Positions 32,460-42,460 of a DNA stretch of 64,000 nucleotides are shown here, piece by piece. The translations under genes and the position numbers were made by a program. The notes beneath the pieces were generated by a model that searched no databases, had not been told where the DNA came from, and was given only the letters and a program-made list of their open reading frames with translations. How positions within the stretch are numbered: the first letter of the stretch is position 1; each line of letters opens with the position of its first letter. This DNA comes from Desulfobacterales bacterium (lineage in GTDB: Bacteria > Desulfobacterota > Desulfobacteria > Desulfobacterales > UBA2174), in assembly GCA_963668645.2 (NCBI GenBank), contig CAXXWC010000001.1:526090-590089 (forward strand), read 5' to 3'.

Positions 32460-33545
32460 TCAGCGCATGGCGGCGACGACGGCTTCCTGTTGCGCCGGGG
32501 TCACGTAGGGCGACATGGGCAGGCTCAGGCACCAGGCGGCGATTTGTTCGGAGACCGGAAAGTCTCCGGCCTTGTACCCGAGATCGGCAAAGGCCCCCTG
32601 GAGGTGCAAGGGGTTGGTGTAGTACGCCACCGAGGGGATGTCGGCGGCCTTGAGTTTTTGGCTTAAGATGTCGCGGTCAGCCGCCAGGATGGTGTACTGG
32701 GCGTAAACGGACGTGTTGCCGTCGACGACGACCGGCGGGCGGATGCCAGGGATGCTCGCCAACAGGGCATCGTAGCGGCGGCCCACTTCGGTGCGCAACG
32801 TGCACTCTTCTTCAAAGAGGGTGAGTTTTTCCAGTAAGACGGCGGCCTGAAGGGTGTCCAGGCGGCCATTGATCCCCACCAGCGGATGCTGGTGCTTGAC
32901 TTTTTGCCCGTGGTTGCGAATCTGGCACAGCTTTTCGGCCATACCGTCATCGCCGGTAAAGACGGCCCCGCCGTCGCCGTAACAGCCCAGGGGTTTGGAC
33001 GGGAAAAAGGAGGTGCAGCCGATCAGCGACATGCCGCAGGCCTTTTTGCCCTGATGGATTGCGCCGAAGCACTGGGCTGCGTCCTCGATGACCGGGATCT
33101 CGTGCCTGGCGGCAATGGCGTTGATGCGCGTCATGTCCGCACACTGGCCGTAGATCCCCACCGGCATGATGGCCCGGGTAGCCGGCGTGATGGCCGCTTC
33201 CAGCTTGTCCGGATCCATGTTGAAAGTGTCGGGCTGGATATCGACAAAGACAGGTTTGGCCCTGAGCAGGGCGATCACCTCGGCCGTCGAGATCCAGGTG
33301 TAGGGGACGGTGATCACCTCGTCACCCGGACCGATGTCCAGCGCCATGAGCGCCATGAGCAGGGCGTCGGTGCCCGAGGCGCAACTGACGCAGTGCTTGA
33401 TGCCGACATAGGCGGCCAGCCGGGTTTCCAGATCTTGAATCTCCGGGCCCATGATGTACTGGCCATGGTCCAGGACGCGGGCGATGGCGGCCTCGATCCT
33501 GGACCGGATGCGGGATTGTTGACTTTTGAGGTCTATGAATTGCAT
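32460..33545 (-). CDS. DegT/DnrJ/EryC1/StrS nucleotide-sugar aminotransferase (WbpE-like)
   Basis: MQFIDL, SGTDAL, IEDAAQ, SFFPSKPLGCYGDGG, NGRLDTLQAA. Confidence 0.93.
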   Translation of the reverse strand: MQFIDLKSQQSRIRSRIEAAIARVLDHGQYIMGPEIQDLETRLAAYVGIKHCVSCASGTDALLMALMALDIGPGDEVITVPYTWISTAEVIALLRAKPVFVDIQPDTFNMDPDKLEAAITPATRAIMPVGIYGQCADMTRINAIAARHEIPVIEDAAQCFGAIHQGKKACGMSLIGCTSFFPSKPLGCYGDGGAVFTGDDGMAEKLCQIRNHGQKVKHQHPLVGINGRLDTLQAAVLLEKLTLFEEECTLRTEVGRRYDALLASIPGIRPPVVVDGNTSVYAQYTILAADRDILSQKLKAADIPSVAYYTNPLHLQGAFADLGYKAGDFPVSEQIAAWCLSLPMSPYVTPAQQEAVVAAMR

Positions 33546-33816
33546 AAGCAAACTCCGGGGTCTGGGGATGGCGTTTCGTGTTTCAGGTGTCGAAGCGGCT
33601 TTGGTGAAACCTTTGGTCCCGGCTTACACCGCAATGCCGCGTCGCGGTATAGCTCCGCCTGGCGGCTTCGCTCTTTTTTTGAAGCCCAACTACTTGATAT
33701 TTAAATATTTTAATAACAATCGCTCCTTTTTTGTTCGAGCATTGAACCCTATCGGGGGGCTCCGGTCAAGGGAAATGTCGTGCGGGTCCAGGCCGCGCGG
33801 TGCTGCACGGCGGAAC

Positions 33817-35202
33817 TCATCGATCCAAGGCGTAGTTGCGGGTTCCCATGGCATAGTATAGATCCGCCAGGGCCAGACGATAGTCGTGAATCGCCATGTT
33901 GCGATTGGCCTCGGCGCGCGTCAGCCGATCCTGGGCGTTGAGCAGGGCTTGGATGGTGCCCACCCGACTTTCCAGCCTTGTCTTTTCCATGCGGAAGCCT
34001 TCATTGGCGGTATTCAGGCTGTAAGCGGTGGCTTCCACCCGGCCGCGGGCCTCTTGAAGCCGCAAAAAAGCGCTGTTGACTTCCGTGCGGATGTTGGCAC
34101 GGGTATCCTCATAGAGCCGCTTGAGGCGCTGGATCTCGTTTTCCATGCTCTGGCGCCGGTAGTAGTACTCGCCACCGTTGAAAAAGTTCCATTCCACGCT
34201 GAGACCCGCGGACCAGTATTCATTTTCCGTATCCCGATCGTAACTACCAGTGAACATACTGGTTCCGGGTTCCTTGTAGTCGCGGTCATAATCGGAGGTC
34301 ACGACCTGCAAGGTCACCCGCGGCAGGATTTGCCCTGTTGCGATCTGCTTGTCCTTCTGCGTGATTTGAATATTGGTCTCGATCTGCTTAAGATCGGTTC
34401 GCAATTCCAAGGCGGCCTGTTGGCAATCGGCCAAATCGAAATCGCGGCTCAGATCGATGTCGGCCAATGTCCCGACATAGACGACCGTCGTTGCCGCATC
34501 GATGCCCAGAATGTTGTCGAGACCGATCTGATGAACGGCCTCGCTATTCTTCACTTGGCTCAGTTTCTGGAGTGCATTTTCAAGATCGACCTGGGCCTGC
34601 AAGACTTCCACATAAGGGGCCATCTGCTGGGCCACGAAGGCACCCGCGGCATCGCGGCTGACCTTGAGCCGCTCGACAGTCTGCTCCAGGCTGCGCCGGT
34701 CCTCGCGAGCTTTGAGCAACTGCAGATATTCTTCCTGAACGCGCCGGATCAGCCGCCTCTCCTCGCCTTCTTTTTCCAGGAGCGTTCCATTTTCCTGGAT
34801 CTGAGCCCGGCGGTAGCTGTTGAGGATTGTTTTGCCCGCATAGAGTGTCTGCTGCAGACTGACACGCCAGCTTTCCTGGATCTGATTATTGTAATCATCG
34901 TCCGAAGGGCCGTTGGTATAGAGGCTCTCAAGTCGAGTCTGGCTGTAACCAGCCGAAAGATGGGGCAAAAAGCGCCCCCTGACCGATTTGGTATCCGAGC
35001 GGCTCCGCTCGACGGCAAACTCCATGGCCTGGATTTTGGGATTGTTCTTCAGGCCCAGTTCGACTGCGCTTTGCAGATTCAATTCCAAATATTGGGGCCT
35101 GTCGACGGCTTCTTCGGCACCCGCCGCCAATCCGGGCAGCCAAAGCAAGATCGCGGAAATCATCGCCACCGCCGTGGAAAGGGCCTTACGCTTTGGATTC
35201 AT
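33817..35202 (-). CDS. TolC-family outer membrane protein
   Basis: Signal peptide, LNL..AV...L.NNP, two OEP repeats, last gene of the T1SS operon. Confidence 0.87.
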   Translation of the reverse strand: MNPKRKALSTAVAMISAILLWLPGLAAGAEEAVDRPQYLELNLQSAVELGLKNNPKIQAMEFAVERSRSDTKSVRGRFLPHLSAGYSQTRLESLYTNGPSDDDYNNQIQESWRVSLQQTLYAGKTILNSYRRAQIQENGTLLEKEGEERRLIRRVQEEYLQLLKAREDRRSLEQTVERLKVSRDAAGAFVAQQMAPYVEVLQAQVDLENALQKLSQVKNSEAVHQIGLDNILGIDAATTVVYVGTLADIDLSRDFDLADCQQAALELRTDLKQIETNIQITQKDKQIATGQILPRVTLQVVTSDYDRDYKEPGTSMFTGSYDRDTENEYWSAGLSVEWNFFNGGEYYYRRQSMENEIQRLKRLYEDTRANIRTEVNSAFLRLQEARGRVEATAYSLNTANEGFRMEKTRLESRVGTIQALLNAQDRLTRAEANRNMAIHDYRLALADLYYAMGTRNYALDR

Positions 35203-35203
35203 T

Positions 35204-36556
35204 TTACTTCTCCCTCAGGGCTCGATTCATGCTTTCGGTGATGGGTGACAGTAGATAGTCGAGAATCGTCTTGGCCTCGGTCTGGATGTAAACTTCGGCC
35301 GGCATGCCCGGGGTAAGCCGGGCCACATCCTTGATGGCATGGTGAAGGGATTGGGGATCCAAATCCACGAAGACCAGATAGTGAGGCGGGATATACTGGC
35401 TTTGCGGAACCACCCTGTCGGCGGATACATAAGTCACCGTTCCGTCCACCTTGGGCGTATGGCGCGTAGGAAAGGCTGAAAGCGAAACGCTGGCGCGCTG
35501 GCCGATCTTGACCTCGTCTATCTTGTCGGGCGCCACCATGGCCGAAATGATCAACCCGCTGTTCTGCGGCACGATCTCCATCAGCGGATGTCCGGGTTGG
35601 ATCACGCCGCCCTCGGTGCGCACGTTGAGGTTGACCACCACCCCGGCCTCTGGGGCGGTGATCTCCAGCCGGCGGCAGGCGTCCTCGGCGGGCCGCAGAC
35701 GCTCGCGCAAGTCCATGATCGACTGGCGCGTCTCGGCCAGTTTGGTAACGGCTTCGTCCACATAGGAGGTATCCAGATCTTCGATTCTCATCCCCAGTTC
35801 TGCAATCCGCTCTGTGGCCAGGGTGATATCGGACTTCAATTCGTCTTCGCGCATCTGTTGAGTGTTCAAGGAACGTTCGAGTTCCATGATGTGCGAACGG
35901 TCAAGGTAGCGACCTTCGAGCAACGGCTTTTTGGCTTTGATCTCATCGCGCAAAGAGGCGATGGTCGCCTGGATCAAATCCTTTTGCTGGGCCTGCCCCT
36001 CGATCTGGGAATGCAACTGCTGAATCTGCGCCCGGTAAAGTTTTTTCTTGCTTTCTTTGGTCGCCAGCCTGGCGGCGAAAACCTCCAGTTCGGTCTTCAT
36101 GCTCTCGGCCACTTCCGGCACTGCTGCGCGCACCGTCAGCTTCTCGGGCCATAGGATGCTAGGTTTGCCGTCCTTTTCGGCCATCAGGCGGGCCTCCCGG
36201 GTCAGCAGGACATCCATCTGGCCGTGATACAGATCCCGGGTGGCCTGGATCCGCTCTCCGTCCAGACGGATTAACACCTGCCCCTTTTCGACCAGGTCTC
36301 CGTCACGAACCATGATTTTCTCGACGATGCCGCCATCGAGATGTTGTACAAGTTTGCGGTAGCTTTCGACGATGACTTCACCCGGGGCGATGACGGCCCC
36401 CTGCACCTTGGCCGTGGCGATCCAGGTCCCCAGGCCTCCGAAAAAAAGCACCACAAAAAACAGTCCCAACAGGATCACATTTTTCGAAGAAGTCGGCAGA
36501 TCGATCTGCGGCGGAGTATTTGGCCCGGCCTCAATGGCTTTGATATCATTGGTCAT
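35204..36556 (-). CDS. HlyD/PrtE type I secretion periplasmic adaptor
   Basis: Single TM, VQHLDGGIV..I.V.DGD.V..GQ, ITAP..G.V, LTPGMPAEV.I, YLLSP. Confidence 0.92.
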   Translation of the reverse strand: MTNDIKAIEAGPNTPPQIDLPTSSKNVILLGLFFVVLFFGGLGTWIATAKVQGAVIAPGEVIVESYRKLVQHLDGGIVEKIMVRDGDLVEKGQVLIRLDGERIQATRDLYHGQMDVLLTREARLMAEKDGKPSILWPEKLTVRAAVPEVAESMKTELEVFAARLATKESKKKLYRAQIQQLHSQIEGQAQQKDLIQATIASLRDEIKAKKPLLEGRYLDRSHIMELERSLNTQQMREDELKSDITLATERIAELGMRIEDLDTSYVDEAVTKLAETRQSIMDLRERLRPAEDACRRLEITAPEAGVVVNLNVRTEGGVIQPGHPLMEIVPQNSGLIISAMVAPDKIDEVKIGQRASVSLSAFPTRHTPKVDGTVTYVSADRVVPQSQYIPPHYLVFVDLDPQSLHHAIKDVARLTPGMPAEVYIQTEAKTILDYLLSPITESMNRALREK

Positions 36557-36559
36557 GGG

Positions 36560-38212
36560 TTATCCTTCTGTGATCATTTTAACGGGCGCAGAGGCAATAG
36601 CACCGGGTTCTTCCCGCGTGATACGGCCTTGTTCGAGGAATAAAATCCGGTCGGCCGCCTTGGCGATCTCCTGGTTGTGGGTAATGAGAATCGTGGACAC
36701 CCCTTTTTCCTTGAGCTGTATCAGGGTATTTTTCAGGGCCTCGCGACCGGGTTGATCCAGGTGGGAATCGGGTTCATCCATCACGATCAGCCACGGATCG
36801 CCGTACACGGCTCTGGCCAAGGCGATGCGCTGCTTCTGGCCCCCGGAGAGCATGATCCCGCCCCGCCCGATGGGGGTGTCGTAGCCGGCGGGCAGGGAAA
36901 GGATCATCTGGTGTGCCCCGGCCACAGTTGCCGCCGCCACCTGGGCTTCGGGATCCGCCTCCCCCAGGCGGGCGATGTTCTCGGCCACCGTGCCGGTGAA
37001 CAATTCCACCTCCTGGGGAATGTAACCGATCCGGGGGCCCAACAGATTTCTGTCCAAGGCATGGATGTCCTGATCTTCAAAAGCGACACGACCTTCATCC
37101 GGCCGCCAGAGTCCGAGAATCATTCTTGCCAGAGTGGACTTGCCTGCACCGCTGGGGCCGACGATGGCCAGACGCTCTCCCGCGTGCAGCGTAAAATCGA
37201 TCTCCTGCAAGACCGGCTGGCCGTTGATGGTATAGCTGAGCCCTTCAACGTGGAAGCGGTCAGGCTTGTTCTCCAAAAACAGCCTCCCCTTTTCTTTTTC
37301 TCCGGCCATCAGGTCTGCGAGCCGCTGGTAAGCCAGCCGCGATTCGACCAGACTCTTCCAGGCATTGCCGAGCATTAAAATCGGGGAAAGCGCACGGCCC
37401 ATGATCATGGATGCGGCCACCATGGTGCCGATAGTAATGTTGTGAAGAATCACCAGGTAAGCCCCAACGGCCATTTGCACAGCGCTGGTGGCCATCATGG
37501 TCGCCTTGGCGCTGTTCTGGAAAAAACCGGTCCGGGCCGTCAGTTGACCTTCATGGTAGACATCGGCACGATTGTAGGCTTTCCAGTAACGGCTCAAGGC
37601 CGGCAGCATCCCCATGGCATTGATACTTTGGACATTGCGCATCGTCGATGCGAGGAACTGATCCGTGGCGATGGAGGACTGCACCCAGGCGGCGCGCATG
37701 TGGCCGGTGAAGATCTCCTGGCCCAAGACGAGCAGCACCAGAACGATGGCACCCCCGGTCGCCACTCTGCCCAGCCAGGGATGAAACAGATACATGATGG
37801 CCAGATAGATCGGCACCCAGGGGGTGTCGAAAAAGGCGAAGATACCCGCCCCGCCGAAAAAATTACGGATAGTGTTCAGATCTTTCATCCCCTGGGTGTG
37901 CATCGGCCCTGCAGCAGCCACCGATTTATCCACCATACGGGCGAACAAGGGCTGGCCCACCACCCGGTCGAATTGGACCCCGACCCGGACGAGCAACTTG
38001 GAGCGGATAACCTCAAAAATCGCCATGATCAGATAGGCCCCGATGACCCCAATGGTCAGGAACGTAAGGCTTTCCATGCTGCGGCTGACCATCACTTTGT
38101 CATAGAGCAGCCGCATGTAGAGCAGATATGAAAGCTGCAAAATATTGATAAAGAGACTGAAAAAAAACGCGCAGCTGATGTGGGGCAGGAATTTGATCAA
38201 GTACTTACGCAT
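36560..38212 (-). CDS. PrtD-type type I secretion ABC transporter (subunit A)
   Basis: YD.V..SRS, FFDTPW, GPSGAGKST, LSGGQKQR, DEPDSHLD. Confidence 0.92.
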   Translation of the reverse strand: MRKYLIKFLPHISCAFFFSLFINILQLSYLLYMRLLYDKVMVSRSMESLTFLTIGVIGAYLIMAIFEVIRSKLLVRVGVQFDRVVGQPLFARMVDKSVAAAGPMHTQGMKDLNTIRNFFGGAGIFAFFDTPWVPIYLAIMYLFHPWLGRVATGGAIVLVLLVLGQEIFTGHMRAAWVQSSIATDQFLASTMRNVQSINAMGMLPALSRYWKAYNRADVYHEGQLTARTGFFQNSAKATMMATSAVQMAVGAYLVILHNITIGTMVAASMIMGRALSPILMLGNAWKSLVESRLAYQRLADLMAGEKEKGRLFLENKPDRFHVEGLSYTINGQPVLQEIDFTLHAGERLAIVGPSGAGKSTLARMILGLWRPDEGRVAFEDQDIHALDRNLLGPRIGYIPQEVELFTGTVAENIARLGEADPEAQVAAATVAGAHQMILSLPAGYDTPIGRGGIMLSGGQKQRIALARAVYGDPWLIVMDEPDSHLDQPGREALKNTLIQLKEKGVSTILITHNQEIAKAADRILFLEQGRITREEPGAIASAPVKMITEG

Positions 38213-38338
38213 GAGATTCAGACCATCTCCGCCATCCGGTTCTTCGGCTCCCCCTGAAAGGGAAGGATCGCGGACCAAATAGAAGGGATTTTGAAAGAAT
38301 GTATGGTGCCCTCCGGCGATCGACGCGGCATACTCAGT

Positions 38339-40012
38339 CTAACTCGGAACCTGGGCCATCGGTTTGGAGGGCGGTGACATGAGCTTTTGCAGCACCTCTT
38401 GAGTCGAACCGTAAAGACCCACCTGTCCTTCTTTGAGCATTAACAACTTATCGGTCAGCAAAAGCAGTTTTTGGCGGTGTGTCACCAGGACCAACGATAC
38501 CTTTGCCTCCCGGGCTTTTTGTATCGCCTGCTCCAGGGCCTGCATTCCGCTTTGATCCAGACTGGCGTCCGGTTCGTCCAGAATAATCAGACTGGGATCG
38601 CCGAACATGGCCCGGGCCAGGCCGATACGCTGGCGAAAGCCGCCGGAAAGATTCTGGCCGCGCTCATCGAGCACGGTGTCGTACCCACCGGGCAGCCCCA
38701 TGATGGCTTCATCGACCTGGGCGAGACTGGCGGCCTGGTGCACCTTTTCCAACTCCACGGTCTGAAACCGCGAAATATTTTCGGCGATGGTACCGGCAAA
38801 AAGCTCGACATCCTGGGGAAGGTACCCGATGAAAGGGCCCAATTTGTCCTGATCCCACTGGTGCATGTCGGCACCATCCAGGCGTATAACGCCGTTTGTC
38901 GGGCGCACCGATCCGGTAATCAGTTTAGCCAGGGTCGTCTTGCCGGCGCCGCTGGGTCCGATGATCCCCAGGGTCTGGCCAGGTTCAAGATCGAAAGAGA
39001 TCCCCCTGAGGATTACCTTGCCGCCTGCGCCGAAAATAAGCGACTCGGCCTTGAGTTCTCCTGCGGGCCGCGGCAGCTCGAGTTTAGGTGCCTGGGCTTC
39101 TTCTTGCAGTTTTTTCCAGAAGTCTTTGAGACGATCAAATGCGTCCCGGGCGTTTTGGTACTGCTCCCAGCCGTCGATCACGACCTGAGTGGGTTGAATC
39201 ACCCGGCCGGCAATGATTACGGCTACGATCATCAATCCGGAATGGATCTGGCCGGAGATGATCAGCAAAGTGCCGACCCCCATGAGCAGCACTTGCAAAA
39301 TCCAGGTTTGGGACTTGATCAGAGCCGAGTGGATCCCCGCCTTGTCGCTGGCCACGCTCTGATTGGCGAGCATATCATCTTGCAGTGAACGCCAACGGGA
39401 AGCCAGTTGAGTCTGCATACCCATGGCCTGAACGGATTGAGCGTTGTGGAGGCATTCCTGGGTAAAGGCGTTGGCGATCCCGAAACGCTGGTTAGCGTTG
39501 CGCAGCAAGGTACGGATGGATTTGCGGCCGAACAGTTTGGTGCCGATGATGACCAGCATGCCGGCAAGTGCCAGGAGGCCCATCTCCGGGCTAATGATAA
39601 AGATGATGACCAGCTCCAGGGGAGAAATCAGTGCATCAAGAAAAGAGGTGGCGATGGGCGACTGCAAGAAGCCGCGCACCTTGGACAGATCCTCCATGGC
39701 CACCGAGGATTCGCCTCTTTTCATCTCGGCCCGATCTTTGAACATGCCCAGCAGGATATGTTGGCCCAGACTTTCATTCAGATAGACCGACAAGCGGCGC
39801 AGCAGGGCCGAACGCAACTGATCGAAAATCAGCATGAAGACCAAAGCCACCAGCGCAGCGGAAGTTACCACACGGATGGTGGGGATGCTCTCGGCAGGAA
39901 TCACCCACATATAGAGCAGCATCATGTTGGCGGACATGGAGAGGGTCAGCATGACCACCAGCACGCTGAGGATGGCAACGACGATGACTGCTCTTTTAAG
40001 TTCCTTCTCCAT
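38339..40012 (-). CDS. PrtD-type type I secretion ABC transporter (subunit B, variant signature)
   Basis: TM domain, GPSGAGKTT, GYLPQDVELF, LSGGFRQR, DEPDASLD. Confidence 0.9.
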   Translation of the reverse strand: MEKELKRAVIVVAILSVLVVMLTLSMSANMMLLYMWVIPAESIPTIRVVTSAALVALVFMLIFDQLRSALLRRLSVYLNESLGQHILLGMFKDRAEMKRGESSVAMEDLSKVRGFLQSPIATSFLDALISPLELVIIFIISPEMGLLALAGMLVIIGTKLFGRKSIRTLLRNANQRFGIANAFTQECLHNAQSVQAMGMQTQLASRWRSLQDDMLANQSVASDKAGIHSALIKSQTWILQVLLMGVGTLLIISGQIHSGLMIVAVIIAGRVIQPTQVVIDGWEQYQNARDAFDRLKDFWKKLQEEAQAPKLELPRPAGELKAESLIFGAGGKVILRGISFDLEPGQTLGIIGPSGAGKTTLAKLITGSVRPTNGVIRLDGADMHQWDQDKLGPFIGYLPQDVELFAGTIAENISRFQTVELEKVHQAASLAQVDEAIMGLPGGYDTVLDERGQNLSGGFRQRIGLARAMFGDPSLIILDEPDASLDQSGMQALEQAIQKAREAKVSLVLVTHRQKLLLLTDKLLMLKEGQVGLYGSTQEVLQKLMSPPSKPMAQVPS

Positions 40013-40065
40013 GATCAAAATCCCGGCAAAACGTTTTTGGGGTAGCGGCGGATGCCCGCCGTTTG

Positions 40066-40461
40066 CTATTCTGTCGGCCGGATCAGGATCGGCAGGCGGG
40101 CCGCGGTCTCCCACTTGGCGTTCTGCTTGAACTCCAGCAGGAGCGCATAAGATCCGAATTCGGCCAGGGTCAGAGTGCTGAGGCGAAACTGCAGCCGATG
40201 CCGGAGCCGGTCCAGGATCACCGGCCTGCTCTGGAGAATCGCCTGGCGCCTTTGATCCGGGGATTCGAGGACTACGCGAAAGGTCACCGTCTCCGGGTCA
40301 ACGCCGGTTTTCTCCCAAAGCGTCCCGATATAGAGCGGACCGATATGAACCGGCAGATTGGCGGCCGCGCCTTCTTCAATACAGCGGATATAGGTAACCG
40401 CGTTGCTTTCCTGATCGATGATGATGTCCCTGCAAAGTACAGACCAGACATTGCGGATCAT
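40066..40461 (-). CDS. Small beta-rich hypothetical protein (resembles DUF6941)
   Basis: WSVLC...I.D..SN N-terminus and G.Y...L near the C-terminus; GAGG RBS. Family assignment from recollection only. Confidence 0.55.
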   Translation of the reverse strand: MIRNVWSVLCRDIIIDQESNAVTYIRCIEEGAAANLPVHIGPLYIGTLWEKTGVDPETVTFRVVLESPDQRRQAILQSRPVILDRLRHRLQFRLSTLTLAEFGSYALLLEFKQNAKWETAARLPILIRPTE

Positions 40462-40495
40462 GGCCGCCTCTTTTCAAGACAAGAGATTCAGGTGC

Positions 40496-40810
40496 TTATT
40501 GCACGAGGATGCTTGTACCACCTGTGCTGCGCCAGGTCAGGCCGCTCGGGTCGGGTTCGTCACCGACACTCATATTAAGGACTATGTCGTGGACCTCACG
40601 GACCGTATCGCGCAGCTGCCGGGCATAGAAATCCGAGGCCTCTTGCCACGCGATCTCCTGGCTGTGGCGGGTGCTGAGCAGATAGAGGATATAACTGTTC
40701 AGGGAAACGCCCTGGACCTTTGCCTCCCGGGCAAGGTCGGCATGCAACGCTTTGGGAACCCGCAATCGAAACTGCCCGCTGCTTTCCGCTGCAACAGATC
40801 GGACCACCAT
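40496..40810 (-). CDS. HicB-like ribbon-helix-helix DNA-binding protein
   Basis: SGQFRLRVPKALHADLAREAKVQGVSLNSYILYLLS; GGAGG RBS before ATG 40810. Confidence 0.8.
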   Translation of the reverse strand: MVVRSVAAESSGQFRLRVPKALHADLAREAKVQGVSLNSYILYLLSTRHSQEIAWQEASDFYARQLRDTVREVHDIVLNMSVGDEPDPSGLTWRSTGGTSILVQ

Positions 40811-40877
40811 GGAATTTCCTCCCTGGTAAATGGGACAAGCACACAATATCCTTAGCTCATCGGAGGATACGGAGGGC

Positions 40878-40905
40878 ATGGTACCACATACGGAACCATT
40901 GTCAA
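40878..40905 (-). promoter_or_regulatory. Putative sigma70 promoter of the RHH-DUF-T1SS run
   Basis: TTGACA-16 nt-TACCAT on the minus strand. Confidence 0.55.
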
Positions 40906-40948
40906 GAACAAAAAGCGCTCCGCAATGGAGCGCCGGCACAGGTGATTG

Positions 40949-41404
40949 ATGAGCGAATACGGTCTGATTGCGTTTGGAAAGCAACCGATGGAAGAATATC
41001 TCTGGATTATCGAAGCACCGCTCGAAATCCTGGACCGCTTCTGCAGGATAGCCGGACTCGAGCGCGACAGCGCCATCCCCTTGGTCTTTACCCTGAAACC
41101 GGATCGCTTCGCCGATGCCCGTCTGACTTACCCGAGCGCTAAATGTACCCGGCCTGAAGCATGGCTCCATGTAATGGCGCTGCTTTACGTGCATCATGTA
41201 TCTTTCAGGCTCTATCAGGCGACCGGCCACCAGGAAGCCATCACGTCCATAACCCTTCTGCGGCCTTCTATCGACAAGGAACTCGAAGACCTGCTGGGGC
41301 TTGCCGCCCGAGGCAAGATCGCTCAACTGCGAGGCTATACGAAGCTGTTGCAACGGGTGTTCAAACGGTTGCAAGATGCGGCGATCATAGAACCTGAATA
41401 TTAA
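40949..41404 (+). CDS. Hypothetical protein
   Basis: Open frame with plausible composition, divergent from the RHH gene; no recognised motif. Confidence 0.55.
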   Translation: MSEYGLIAFGKQPMEEYLWIIEAPLEILDRFCRIAGLERDSAIPLVFTLKPDRFADARLTYPSAKCTRPEAWLHVMALLYVHHVSFRLYQATGHQEAITSITLLRPSIDKELEDLLGLAARGKIAQLRGYTKLLQRVFKRLQDAAIIEPEY

Positions 41405-41600
41405 GGGAGCGGCGTGTGGTCTGGCAGGCTGCAATCTACGAGCACCACGATCAAGGCGAGGCGCCGGCGGAGTCTTCCCCGCCAGCGCCTCGAATTGATT
41501 GCAATTGACCCGGATCGAGCCACCCCAAAAATCACCAAAAACCCGCAAAACGGCCGAGTTAAAAAACTTTTTTGCGGGATCATGGGCGGACGCGAAAGGC

Positions 41601-41831
41601 TTACTGCTTGGTCTGTTCCTCTTGCTCCTTGCGAGCCTGCTCGATGCGTTCCTGAAGCTGCTTGCCCGCCGCTTGCATGCCGCCGGCGACCTGTCCATAC
41701 TGGACAGCTGGAATCACCAGTTCGCCAGTGACCTGTTCCGTACCATCGGCTCCTGTAGCGATGCATTGAATCCGCACGACACCGTTTCGTAAAGATACCG
41801 AGCCGAGTTTTTCAATCATGATAAAATTCAT
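41601..41831 (-). CDS. Small hypothetical protein (beta strands plus C-terminal coiled coil)
   Basis: Strong AAAGGAGG RBS; MNFIMIEKLGSVSLRNGVVRI... Confidence 0.65.
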   Translation of the reverse strand: MNFIMIEKLGSVSLRNGVVRIQCIATGADGTEQVTGELVIPAVQYGQVAGGMQAAGKQLQERIEQARKEQEEQTKQ

Positions 41832-42130
41832 AACTACCTGCCTCCTTTGTCTCCCCATTTATTTGATGTTCTTACCCAAGCCGAAGCTCAACCCTTCCGC
41901 ATCACCTTGGCTGCAAACTGTCAAGCATCCGTCTTACGGCGGCACTTCGGCCTCTGCCGGGTTCTTCGGCAGATCATGTACGCCGCTGCACTTAACACAA
42001 GATCCGCCCGGATTCAAGCAGCAGGTCGCATACCGAACGTTTCTTGCGGCGTAAGGATATTACACCGGCACAGATTGCCAATCTTTTTTGAGGAAAGAAG
42101 GATGGCGGCTTATAAAATTTTCAATCCGGG

Positions 42131-42460
42131 TCAGATCTGTTTCAGGGAAAGACCTGCCTGGGATTTGCGGATCTCAAAAGCGTCTTCCACTTTAAAGCCG
42201 AAATGCTCCACTACGTCCTTGGGGATGATAAGGCTGCCCCGTTTACCGACCGAAATCGTCGTGTTCAGCACTTTTCCCTTGCCGCCGCGACCAGTGGCCA
42301 AAACCGGCGCCTGACCGGTCTCCATAAGGGCGTTGGCGTATGCAACCTTGAGTTGGGTCGAGGTTTTGAATCCGAACTTGGTCATGATTTCACTCTGGGG
42401 CACATTGTCTTTTGCCATTTGAATCAAGGCGGCATAATCGATCTTCTTTTTCCGAGGCAT
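42131..42460 (-). CDS. AbrB/MazE/SpoVT-type DNA-binding protein with N-terminal helical domain
   Basis: VGKRGSLIIPK.VV...GF....F; AAGGAG RBS. Confidence 0.75.
   Translation of the reverse strand: MPRKKKIDYAALIQMAKDNVPQSEIMTKFGFKTSTQLKVAYANALMETGQAPVLATGRGGKGKVLNTTISVGKRGSLIIPKDVVEHFGFKVEDAFEIRKSQAGLSLKQI

Noticed and set aside
33600..33700. ops/JUMPStart element upstream of the glycan genes
   Set aside because: Only GGCGGAGC is present, not the GGCGGTAG core
40811..41698. N-terminal 296 codons of the 400-aa ORF 40496-41698
   Set aside because: Overlaps the opposite-strand gene; only the RHH part has an RBS, promoter and motif
42060..42085. Sigma54 promoter (GGCAC...TTGC)
   Set aside because: GG-to-GC spacing does not fit the required N10 on either strand
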